Source: an uncultured Gammaproteobacteria bacterium
Lineage (GTDB): Bacteria > Pseudomonadota > Gammaproteobacteria > Arenicellales > CAJQKF01
Direction: 5' to 3'
DNA: 64,000 nucleotides
Assembly (NCBI GenBank): GCA_965652415.1
Contig: CBFGVH010000003.1
Coordinates: 4,782 to 68,781, forward strand
Positions 54,206 through 64,000 of this stretch are shown here, one piece after another (position 1 is the first letter of the stretch; the number at the start of each line of letters is the position of its first letter). A program made the translations under genes and the position numbers. Below the pieces are notes generated by a model. It did no database searches, had not been told where the DNA came from, and saw only the letters and a program-made list of their open reading frames with translations.

Positions 54206-55441
54206 TCAGAAATTGCCCTGGAACCAGGATTTCATGCGCTCGACGACGCTTCCCAGGGCGCCGCGTCGGGGTCTTGCCGCCTTGTCGCGCACGGGCCGGT
54301 TGGCGCAACCGAACAGCACCAGCCCAACGCCGGTGGAATAGATCGGGTTGCGCACCACCTCGGACAGGCCGCCGACGTACTGCGGCACGCCGAGGCGCAC
54401 GGGCATGTGAAATATTTCCTCGGCCAGCTCGATCATGCCGTCCATCTTGGAACTGCCCCCGGTGAGCACGATGCCGGTGCCGATCAGGTCCTCGTAGCCG
54501 CTGCGGCGCAGTTCCGCCTGGGCCAGCAGGTAGAGTTCCTCGACGCGCGGCTCGATGACCTCGGCCAGGGTCGAGCGGGCCAGCTTGCGGGGCGCGCGAT
54601 CGCCCACGCTCGGGGTGTCGATCATCTCGCCGTGAGGCGCGAGCTGGGTCAGGGCGCAGCCGAACTTCTTCTTGATCTCCTCGGCCGCCTGGGTCGGGGT
54701 GCGCAGCGCCACCGCGATGTCGTTGGTGATCTGGTCGCCGGCGATCGGCAGCACCGCGGTGTGGCGGATGGCGCCCTCGGTGAACACCGCGATGTCGGTG
54801 GTGCCGCCGCCGATGTCGATGATGGCGACGCCCAGTTCCTTCTCGTCCTCGTCGAGCACCGCGTAGCTCGAGGCGAGCTGCTCGAGGATGATGTCGTCGA
54901 CCTCGAGGCCGCAGCGGCGGATGCACTTGACGATGTTCTGCGCCGCGCTCACCGCGCCGGTGATGATGTGCACCTTGGCTTCCATGCGCACGCCGCTCAT
55001 GCCGATAGGCTCGCGGATTCCCTCCTGGCCGTCGATGATGAAGTCCTGCGGGAGGATGTGCAGGATCTTCTGGTCGTTCGGGATGGCCAGCGCGCGCGCC
55101 GCCTCGATCACCCGCTCGACGTCGCTGGCGCTGACCTCGTTGTCGCGGATGGCGACCACGCCGTGGGAGTTGAAGCTGTTGATGTGCGAACCGGCGATTC
55201 CGGCGTACACCGACAGGATCTGGCAGCCGGCCATCAGCTCCGCCTCCTCGATCGCGCGCTGGATCGACTGCACCGTGGACTCGATGTTGGCCACCACCCC
55301 CTTCTTCAGGCCGCGCGACGGATGATGCCCGACGCCGATGATCTCGACATTGCCGTCGCCGCGATCCTCGGCCACGATGGCAAGGATCTTCGAGGTGCCG
55401 ATGTCCAGCCCCACGATCAGGTTGTCGTCGCTCTTCTTCAT
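54206..55441 (-). CDS. ftsA: Cell division protein FtsA
   Basis: 411 aa. Actin-like ATPase motifs VGLDIGTSK and DIGGGTTDIAV. Confidence 0.96.
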   Translation of the reverse strand: MKKSDDNLIVGLDIGTSKILAIVAEDRGDGNVEIIGVGHHPSRGLKKGVVANIESTVQSIQRAIEEAELMAGCQILSVYAGIAGSHINSFNSHGVVAIRDNEVSASDVERVIEAARALAIPNDQKILHILPQDFIIDGQEGIREPIGMSGVRMEAKVHIITGAVSAAQNIVKCIRRCGLEVDDIILEQLASSYAVLDEDEKELGVAIIDIGGGTTDIAVFTEGAIRHTAVLPIAGDQITNDIAVALRTPTQAAEEIKKKFGCALTQLAPHGEMIDTPSVGDRAPRKLARSTLAEVIEPRVEELYLLAQAELRRSGYEDLIGTGIVLTGGSSKMDGMIELAEEIFHMPVRLGVPQYVGGLSEVVRNPIYSTGVGLVLFGCANRPVRDKAARPRRGALGSVVERMKSWFQGNF

Positions 55442-55455
55442 CGATTCGTTTTCCG

Positions 55456-56283
55456 TTAACCCGTGCCGTCGCCGGCGCTTGCGCGGCGTGATTCAGCCAC
55501 GCGTCCGGCGCCGTCCCCTCCGGCAGCGAAGCGCACGGCGAAACCATTCGGATAGCGCAGGTCGATCACGGCGGCCGACGCAAGCTCAGCGGCCCGCTCG
55601 GCCGCCAGCGGCGCCTGAAGCGAGGCGGCCAGCCGCGACACGCGCTCGACCTGCGACTCGCGGCCGATGATCACCGCCACCGGCGGCGCCTCGGGGGCGA
55701 CGCTGGACGCGAGTCTCATCTCCAATGAACCGCGCGCATCCAGGGCCAGCGAAACCGGGGCAACAACATCGACGCCGTCGAACAGGGCCGCCAGCTCGAC
55801 GTAGCGCTCGGCAATCTCGGCGGCGCGATCGGCCGGGCCGTACAAGCGCGGCAGGCGCGCACCGTGGAAATCACGCGGCAGGGTGAGCGGCTCGCCGGCC
55901 CGGTTGACCCAGCCGCTGTCGTTGAAGCGCGCGAAAGGCGTCGCCTGGGACACCGTGACCACCAGCTTGCCGGGCCAGCGCCGGCGTACCGACGCGTCGT
56001 ACACCCACGGCACGCCCCGCACCACGCGCTCGACCTCGTCGAGATCGATGGAGAACCACGAACGCGGCCCGAGTGCCCGAACCGCCGCCAGCACCGCCGC
56101 CGGATCGACATTGGGCGCATCGCCGGCCACCGCCACCTCGTCGATGGCGAAGCGCCCCGGCAGGAGCAGCCGGTCGAGCGCCACAAGCGCCAGAGAGCCC
56201 ATGAGCACGACAGTGACGACCAGCACCGCCAGGCGCGCGCCGCCAGCCTCGTTGCCGGTCCTGTTGCGGCGCGGCTCAGTCAT
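55456..56283 (-). CDS. ftsQ: Cell division protein FtsQ
   Basis: 275 aa. Single N-terminal TM helix, POTRA-like region (IDEVAVAG..), and its position between murB and ftsA. Confidence 0.85.
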   Translation of the reverse strand: MTEPRRNRTGNEAGGARLAVLVVTVVLMGSLALVALDRLLLPGRFAIDEVAVAGDAPNVDPAAVLAAVRALGPRSWFSIDLDEVERVVRGVPWVYDASVRRRWPGKLVVTVSQATPFARFNDSGWVNRAGEPLTLPRDFHGARLPRLYGPADRAAEIAERYVELAALFDGVDVVAPVSLALDARGSLEMRLASSVAPEAPPVAVIIGRESQVERVSRLAASLQAPLAAERAAELASAAVIDLRYPNGFAVRFAAGGDGAGRVAESRRASAGDGTG

Positions 56284-57192
56284 CGGCTTCTCCGACGATG
56301 CGCACTTCCGGCGTCAGCTCGACGCCAGCCGACTCCGCCACCCGCGAACACACCAGCGCGATCAGCCGCTCGATATCCGCGGCCGTGGCGTCGCCGGTGT
56401 TGACGATGAAGTTGGCGTGCTTGTCCGACACCCGGGCGCCGCCAACGGTCAGGCCCTTCAGGCCCGCGGACTCGATCAGGCGCGCGGCATGGTCGCCGGG
56501 CGGGTTCGTGAACACCGAGCCCGCGTTCGCGCTCTGCACCGGCTGGGTGTCGCCGCGACGCCTGAGCAGCTCGGCGATGCGCCTGCGAGCCGCCGCGACG
56601 TCGCCGCCCGCCAGCGCAAGGCGGGCCGCCAGGAACCAGTGATCCGGTGCAAGGGCGACGAAGCGGTAGCCGGTGTCGAATTCGTCGGCGGCCACCGTGC
56701 GCGCGGCGCCGGTGCGGTCGACCAGGTCGACCGAATCGACCACGCTCCAGGTTTCGCCGCCAAAGGCGCCGGCGTTCATCGCCAACGCGCCGCCGATGCA
56801 GCCCGGAATCCCGGCCAGGAACTCGGCGCCCGTCAAGCCGCTGCGGTTGGCGAAGCGGGCCGCCTGGGCGCAGGCGACGCCTGCCTCGGCGTAGAGCAGG
56901 CCGCCGTCCACCACGCGCATCGCGGACAACGCCTTGTGGGTTGCGACGACCACGCCGCGGATGCCGCCATCGCGCACCAGCAGGTTGGACCCCAGGCCCA
57001 GCACCATCACCGGGATGTCGCGCGGCAGCCGCGCCAGGAACGCACACAGGTCATCGCGATCGGCCGGTTGGAAGAACCAGTCGGCCGGCCCGCCGACCCG
57101 CCAGCTCGTGTGCCGCGACATCGGCTCGCCGGCCGACAGGCGCCCGCGAATGCCGGTCATGTCGGGCGCGGAATCGAGGCGGCGGGCGGCCA

Positions 57193-57196
<4 letters not shown>
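56276..57196 (-). CDS. murB: UDP-N-acetylenolpyruvoylglucosamine reductase
   Basis: The ATG at 57196 overlaps the murC stop. 306 aa. HTSWRVGGPAD..LGLGSNLLVRDGG..GAEFLAGIPGCIGGALAMNAGA..NAGSVFTNP. Confidence 0.92.
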
Positions 57197-58588
<1,392 letters not shown>

Positions 58589-58596
<8 letters not shown>

Positions 58597-59665
58597 GCAT
58601 CACCTCCAGGCAGGCGGCGCCGACGGCCAGGGTGGCGTCCGGACGCGCGAGTTCGCGCAGCCGTGCCGCCATGGCCGCCAGCCGCGGGCGGTCCGCGGCA
58701 AGAGAACGCACGAGGGCGCCGACGCTCGCCTCGTCGAAGTCGGCCTCGGGCATCAGCAACGCCGCGTCTCGATCGGACAGGTAACGCGCGTTGGCGCTCT
58801 GGTGGTCGCCCGCGGCGTAGGGGAACGGCACCAGCACGGCGGCGAGGCCGGCCATGCACAGCTCGGCGACGGTCATCGCGCCGGCGCGGCAGATGGCGAG
58901 ATCCGCCGACTCGTAGGCGGCGCCCATGTCGTCGATAAACTCCTCGACCCGGGCATCGACACGGTCATCGGCGCCGAACTCGCGGTAGCGCGCGCGCACC
59001 TCCTCGGCGTTGCCCCGCCCCGACTGGTGGCGCACGCTGATCACGCCCTCGGCGGCGAGCGGCCCGAGACAGCCGGGCAGAACCCGGTTGAACACCCGCG
59101 CGCCCAGGCTGCCGCCCACCACGAGCACCTTCAGCGGCGCGCCGCCTTCGCGCACGGGCGTACGCGGCCGGATCTGGCCGCGCAGCGGGTTGCCGGTCCA
59201 CTCGGCGCGCCCCGGCAGTCCTTCGGTATGCGGAAAACCGCACAGGATGCGCCGTGCCAGCGGTGCCAGCAGCCGGTTTGTCAGTCCCGCGCGGGCGTTG
59301 GCCTCGTGGATGACAAGCGGCCGCCTGAGCAGCCATCCCGAGACCGCCCCCGGACCGGCGGCGAACCCGCCCATGCCGAGCAGCGCGTCGGGCCTCACGC
59401 GGCGCACCACCGCGATCCCCTGGGCGATCGCCCGCGCCGCCAGGAACGGCATCGCGAGGTAGCGGCCGAGGCCCTTGCCGCGTAATCCGCTGATGCTCAG
59501 CCAGCACATCGCAATCCCGGCGGCCGGCACCACCCGCGCCTCGAGGCCCGCGCGAGTGCCCAGCCACACGATCCTGATGCCGCGCGCGCGCAGGTGCTCG
59601 GCCACCGCCAGCGCCGGGTAGACGTGACCGCCGGTGCCTCCCGCCATGATCAGCAGGGTCTTCAT
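58589..59665 (-). CDS. murG: Undecaprenyldiphospho-muramoylpentapeptide beta-N-acetylglucosaminyltransferase
   Basis: Internal ATG at 59665, 358 aa. MKTLLIMAGGTGGHVYPALAVA..RAGAMTVAEL. Confidence 0.95.
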
Positions 59666-60822
59666 CGCGCCCTCCGACCGGCGGCGGGCGCGCGCAACTG
59701 GCGATCCACGCCGAAGATCAGGCCCACCATGCACAGCGTGACGATCATGCTGCTGCCGCCGTAGCTCATCAGCGGCAGGGTCAGGCCCTTGGTCGGCAAC
59801 ACGCCCATGTTGACGCCGAGATTGACGATGGCCTGCAGCGCCACGAGAAACGTCGCTCCGTGAACGAGGCGGGCCGCGAAGTGGTGACCGGCCCTCTCGG
59901 CGGCAGCGGCGATGGCGAAGCCGCGCCAGGTGAAGGCGATGTACAGGGCGATCAGCGCCACGATGCCGGCGAGCCCGAGCTCCTCGGCGATCACCGCGGC
60001 GAGAAAGTCGTTGGCGGCATGGGGCAGGTAGTACAGCTTCTGGATGCTCTGGCCGAGCCCGGCGCCGAACCATTCGCCGCGGCCGAAGGCGATCAGGGCC
60101 TGGGACAACTGGAAGCCGCTGTCGAAGGGATCGGCCCAGGGGTTCTGGAAGCTCAGCACGCGCTCGAGCCGGTACGGGGAGACGTACACCAGCACCGCGA
60201 AGGCCGCGGCCGCGGCTGCCACGCACAGGGCCATGTGCAGGTAGCGCACGCCCGACAGGTACATCATGGCGAACACGGTCGCGGCCAGCACCACGGTGGT
60301 GCCGAGATCGGGTTCGAGGAGCAGCAGCACCGCCACCAGCGCCACGACGAGGCCCACGTTGACCACGCCGAGACGGAAACTCCTGAGCTGGGCCCGGCGG
60401 CGCGTGAGGTAGTCCGCCATGTAGACGATCATCGCCAGCTTCATCAGTTCCGAGGGCTGCACCCGCAGCGGCCCGAGGGCGATCCAGCGCTGGCTGCCGT
60501 TGACCTCGACGCCGATGCCGGGCACCAGCACCAGCGCCAGCAGCACCACGCCCGCCACCATGAGGGGCCGGGCCAGGCGCTGCCAGAACGCGGTCGGCAG
60601 CAACGCCGCCGCCAGCATTGCCGCGACTCCGATACCGATGTAGACGACGTGGCGCAAGATGCGGTCGAAGCTCGCCCCGGCCGTGTCGTCGTCGACCACG
60701 GTCACGGAGAACACCATCACCACGCTGAAGGCGAGAAGCGCGGTCACGATTCCCGCCAACCAGGGATCGCCCCGCCAGCTCGGACGGACCTGGCCCGCGA
60801 CGCGGGCGATCACCGCCTGCAT
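59662..60822 (-). CDS. ftsW: Peptidoglycan glycosyltransferase FtsW (SEDS family)
   Basis: Internal ATG at 60822, 386 aa. Polytopic; QPSELMKLAMIVYMADYL and LPTKGLTLPLMSYGGSSM. Confidence 0.93.
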   Translation of the reverse strand: MQAVIARVAGQVRPSWRGDPWLAGIVTALLAFSVVMVFSVTVVDDDTAGASFDRILRHVVYIGIGVAAMLAAALLPTAFWQRLARPLMVAGVVLLALVLVPGIGVEVNGSQRWIALGPLRVQPSELMKLAMIVYMADYLTRRRAQLRSFRLGVVNVGLVVALVAVLLLLEPDLGTTVVLAATVFAMMYLSGVRYLHMALCVAAAAAAFAVLVYVSPYRLERVLSFQNPWADPFDSGFQLSQALIAFGRGEWFGAGLGQSIQKLYYLPHAANDFLAAVIAEELGLAGIVALIALYIAFTWRGFAIAAAAERAGHHFAARLVHGATFLVALQAIVNLGVNMGVLPTKGLTLPLMSYGGSSMIVTLCMVGLIFGVDRQLRAPAAGRRAR

Positions 60823-62186
60823 GCCACCACCTCCCGCACCAGCGCGCGAAACGCGTCGCCGCGGTGTTCGAAGTTGCGGAACATGTCGAAGCTGGCGCAG
60901 GCCGGAGAAAACAGCACCACGTCTCCCTCGCGGGCGACGGCGGCGGCCTGCTCGACCGCCGAAGCCAGCGAATCCACGAGCACCGGCTCCACCACCGGGG
61001 CCAGGGCCCGGGCGAGAGCGTCGCGGTCCTCGCCGAACAGGATCGCCGCGCGCAACCGGCCGCGGGCGGCATCGGCCAGCGGGGAGAAGTCGGCGCCCTT
61101 GCCCTGGCCGCCGCCGATCAGCACGATGGGACGGTCGAATCCGCCGATGGCGGCCGAGGTGGCGCCGACGTTGGTCCCCTTTGAATCGTTGATCCAGCGC
61201 ACCCCGCCGTGCTCGGCCACCAGCTCGAGGCGATGGGGCAGGCCGGCGAAGCTGCGCGCGCGTTCGAGCACCACGTCGTCGAGAGCGGTCCCGGCCGCAT
61301 CGACCAGTGCCAGCGCTGCCAGCATGTTGGCGGCGTTGTGGCTGCCCTCGAGACGAATCTCGTCGACGGCCACGAGGCGCCTGCCGCCATGCGCCAGCCA
61401 GCGCCGGCCACCGCCCTCGATCACGCCGAAATCGTTCGCTTCCGGCACGCCGAGGCCGAAGCCGACGCGCCGGGAGCAGCCGCCGCCCGCCAGCGACGAC
61501 GCCAGCGGGTCGTCGAGGTTGACCACGCACACGCCGGCGCGGTCGTAGATCCTGGCCTTGGCACGGGCGTACTCGCCAAGGTCCGCGTAGCGGTCCATGT
61601 GATCGGCGGCGACGTTCAGCACCACGGAGCAGGCGGGGGCGAGGCTCGAGGTGGTCTCGAGCTGGAAGCTGGACAACTCGAGGACATAGAACTCCGGCGG
61701 GTCGTCGTCGACGAGGTCGAGCACCGGCACGCCGATGTTGCCGCCTACCCGCGCATCGATACCGGCGGCCGTCATGAGATCGCCCACCAGGCGGGTGACG
61801 GTGCTCTTGCCGTTGGAGCCGGTCACCGCGATCACCGGCGCGTCGGCGATGCGCGCGAACAGTTCGACGTCGCCGACGATCTCGGCGCCCGCCTCGCGCG
61901 CGCTGCGAATCGCCGGTTCGCCGATCCACACACCGGGACTCACCACGAGACGATCGAACGCACCGAAGCGTTCCGGAGAGAACGGACCGAGATGCACCTC
62001 GACCCCGGGAAACTCGCGCCGCAGGCGGTCGATCATGGGCGGGTTCGCGCGGCTGTCGGCCGCCACCGGGATCTCGCCGCGGCCCACGAGGTAACGCACG
62101 GCGGAGTAGCCGCTCGCGCCGAGGCCGACCACCAGCGTGCGGCAGGCGGGTTGTCGATCGGAATACTGCATTGCCGCGACCGCCAT
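60810..62186 (-). CDS. murD: UDP-N-acetylmuramoylalanine-D-glutamate ligase
   Basis: The ATG at 62186 overlaps the mraY stop (TGATG). 458 aa. VVGLGASG, AVTGSNGKSTV, DSKGTNVGAT. Confidence 0.94.
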   Translation of the reverse strand: MAVAAMQYSDRQPACRTLVVGLGASGYSAVRYLVGRGEIPVAADSRANPPMIDRLRREFPGVEVHLGPFSPERFGAFDRLVVSPGVWIGEPAIRSAREAGAEIVGDVELFARIADAPVIAVTGSNGKSTVTRLVGDLMTAAGIDARVGGNIGVPVLDLVDDDPPEFYVLELSSFQLETTSSLAPACSVVLNVAADHMDRYADLGEYARAKARIYDRAGVCVVNLDDPLASSLAGGGCSRRVGFGLGVPEANDFGVIEGGGRRWLAHGGRRLVAVDEIRLEGSHNAANMLAALALVDAAGTALDDVVLERARSFAGLPHRLELVAEHGGVRWINDSKGTNVGATSAAIGGFDRPIVLIGGGQGKGADFSPLADAARGRLRAAILFGEDRDALARALAPVVEPVLVDSLASAVEQAAAVAREGDVVLFSPACASFDMFRNFEHRGDAFRALVREVVACRR

Positions 62187-63268
62187 CACCGGACCTTCAG
62201 GGTGGCCAGGCCCACCAGCACCAGGATCAGGCTGATGATCCAGAAGCGCACGCTCACGCGGGGCTCGGGCCAGCCCTTGAGCTCGAAGTGATGGTGCAGG
62301 GGCGCCATGCGGAACAGGCGCCGCCCCAGCAGCTTGTAGGACGCCACCTGCAGGATCACGCTCAACGTCTCCATGACGAAGATGCCGCCCATGATCACCA
62401 GCACGATCTCCTGGCGCACGATCACCGCCACCACGCCGATGGCCGCGCCCAGCGCCAGCGCGCCGATGTCGCCCATGAACACCATGGCCGGGTAGGTGTT
62501 GAACCACAGGAAGCCGAGACCGGCGCCGACCAGGGCGGCGCAGAATATCAGCACCTCGCCGGCGCCGGGGATGAAGGGAATGCCGAGGTACTCGCTGAAG
62601 ATGGCGTTGCCGGTCACGTAGGCGAAGATGCCGAGCCCGCCCGACACCAGCACCGTGGGCAGTATGGCGAGGCCGTCGAGGCCGTCGGTCAGGTTGACCG
62701 CGTTGCTGGTCCCGACGATGACGAAGTACGTGACGATCACGTAGCCGAAGCCGAGGTCGAGGGCGATCTCCTTGAACAGCGGCACGATCAGGTTCAGCTC
62801 GGCGGGCAGTTCGGCGCTCGCGTAGAGCGCGATCGCCGCCGCCGCGCCGGCCACGCTCTGCCAGCCGAACTTCGCCTTCGCGCCCATGCCGCGCGGATTC
62901 TTGTCCACCAGCTTCTTGTAGTCGTCGACCCAGCCGATGATGCCGAAGCTCAGGCAGGTGAAAAGCGCAATCCAGATGTAGCGGTTGCCGAGGTCGGCCC
63001 ACAGCAGAGTGGACAGCGTGATCGCCACCAGGATCAGGGCGCCGCCCATGGTCGGCGTGCCGACCTTCTCGAAGTGGGTGGGCGGGCCGTCGCTGCGTAC
63101 GGTCTGGCCGATCTGGTGATGGCTGAGCTTGCGGATCATCACCGGCCCGACCACGAAACAGATCACCAGCGCCGTGAGCACGCCGCAGATGCCGCGCAAC
63201 GTCAGGTAGCGAAACACGTTGAAGACGCTGTAGTGGTCGGACAGGTAGTCGAACAGGTAGATCAGCAT
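62186..63268 (-). CDS. mraY: Phospho-N-acetylmuramoyl-pentapeptide transferase
   Basis: Internal ATG at 63268, 360 aa. [44 protein letters not shown]. Confidence 0.96.
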   Translation of the reverse strand: MLIYLFDYLSDHYSVFNVFRYLTLRGICGVLTALVICFVVGPVMIRKLSHHQIGQTVRSDGPPTHFEKVGTPTMGGALILVAITLSTLLWADLGNRYIWIALFTCLSFGIIGWVDDYKKLVDKNPRGMGAKAKFGWQSVAGAAAAIALYASAELPAELNLIVPLFKEIALDLGFGYVIVTYFVIVGTSNAVNLTDGLDGLAILPTVLVSGGLGIFAYVTGNAIFSEYLGIPFIPGAGEVLIFCAALVGAGLGFLWFNTYPAMVFMGDIGALALGAAIGVVAVIVRQEIVLVIMGGIFVMETLSVILQVASYKLLGRRLFRMAPLHHHFELKGWPEPRVSVRFWIISLILVLVGLATLKVR

Positions 63269-64000
63269 CGGCGCGCACCTCCCGCACGGGCGGCGAGTGC
63301 GTCGGCGACGCGCTCCATGCGCATCGCGCGCGAACCCTTGACCAGCACGGTGACGTCGCTGCCGAGGCACCCGGCCACCGCTGTCGAGAGGGCGTCGACG
63401 TCGTCGAACGCAGCGGCGCCGGGACCGAAGGCACGGCACGCCAGCGCGCTCAGGGGGCCGAAGCAGAACAGGCGATCGATGCCGGCCTGGCGGGCGCGCT
63501 CACCCGCCTCGCGGTGGAAGTCCTCGCTGCGCTCGCCGAGTTCACCCATGTCGCCCATCACGAGGATGCGCGTGCCCTGCTGGCGCGCCAGCAGGTCGAT
63601 GGCCGCGGCCATGGAAGCCGGGTTGGCGTTGTAGCAGTCGTTGATGAGACACCCACCCGCGCCGAGCTCGACCATCTGGCTGCGCCCCGCGACCGGTGTG
63701 AAGGCCTCGAGACCGGCGCCGACGGCATCGAGCTCGACCCCGAGGGCGGTCGCGGCTGCCGCCGCGGCCAGCGCGTTCATGGCGTTGTGCATGCCTGCCG
63801 CTGCCAGGCGCACCTCCACTTCCTTGCCGTGGGCGCGGATGCGAAGGCGCGAGGAGTCAGCACCGGCTTCCACCGTCGCGGTCACGTCGGCGGCGGCGGC
63901 GAGGCCGAAAGTGACGATGCGCCGGCCTCGGTTCAGTCCGCGCCAGTAGTCGGCGAAGGCGTCGTCGGCATTGATCACCGCGACGCCGCCGGCGCCGAGG
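63262..64000 (-). CDS. murF: UDP-N-acetylmuramoyl-tripeptide-D-alanyl-D-alanine ligase (5' end lies beyond the window)
   Basis: C-terminal part only. [44 protein letters not shown]. Confidence 0.9.
   Translation of the reverse strand, partial: LGAGGVAVINADDAFADYWRGLNRGRRIVTFGLAAAADVTATVEAGADSSRLRIRAHGKEVEVRLAAAGMHNAMNALAAAAAATALGVELDAVGAGLEAFTPVAGRSQMVELGAGGCLINDCYNANPASMAAAIDLLARQQGTRILVMGDMGELGERSEDFHREAGERARQAGIDRLFCFGPLSALACRAFGPGAAAFDDVDALSTAVAGCLGSDVTVLVKGSRAMRMERVADALAARAGGARRC

Overview
This is a very GC-rich, densely coding stretch of core chromosome from a Gammaproteobacteria-like genome. I call 55 protein-coding genes (the last one is cut by the window end). I found no rRNA, tRNA, CRISPR array, integrase, transposase or prophage gene.

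Gene content from left to right:
- petABC (cytochrome bc1) and the rep helicase.
- A DUF192 gene, then the minus-strand run prlC / DUF4124-glutaredoxin-like / TAXI-like binding protein / DUF255 thioredoxin-fold protein.
- gor, a DegP-family protease, gshB, and a stand-alone homocysteine S-methyltransferase.
- Two tandem paralogous GT-B glycosyltransferases, divergent from a 6-TM class III nucleotide cyclase.
- A propionate / methylmalonyl-CoA block (prpE, methylmalonyl-CoA mutase, pccB), followed by an enoyl-CoA hydratase and mtnA.
- dppABCDF, prc, avtA, and pdxH coupled to a NUDIX hydrolase.
- An IMPase-family phosphatase coupled to a sulfotransferase, then a nitrilase-family hydrolase.
- The conserved string rng-maf-rlmH-rsfS-nadD-proA-holA-lptE-leuS.
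- The distal dcw cluster: lpxC, ftsZ, ftsA, ftsQ, murB, murC, murG, ftsW, murD, mraY, murF.

The only repetitive DNA is one family of REP-type palindromic elements (core GAATCGCC(G/T)GCAGGC(C/A)GGCTCCTACAG). It forms clusters in at least three intergenic regions, plus a partial copy at the window start.

I do not see a convincing new multi-gene system. The observations most worth following up are:
- nadD has no canonical start codon upstream of its catalytic motif, so it probably initiates at ATC.
- A signal-peptide-bearing thiol-redox trio lies next to gor and gshB.
- The glycosyltransferase pair has no obvious partner genes.
- The cyclase has non-canonical purine-specificity residues (Gln/Thr).
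- The sulfotransferase is translationally coupled to the IMPase-family phosphatase.
- The dcw cluster has no ddl gene.

Most long ORFs in the supplied track are GC-driven shadow or read-through ORFs. I trimmed them to internal starts by homology and by checking ribosome-binding sites.
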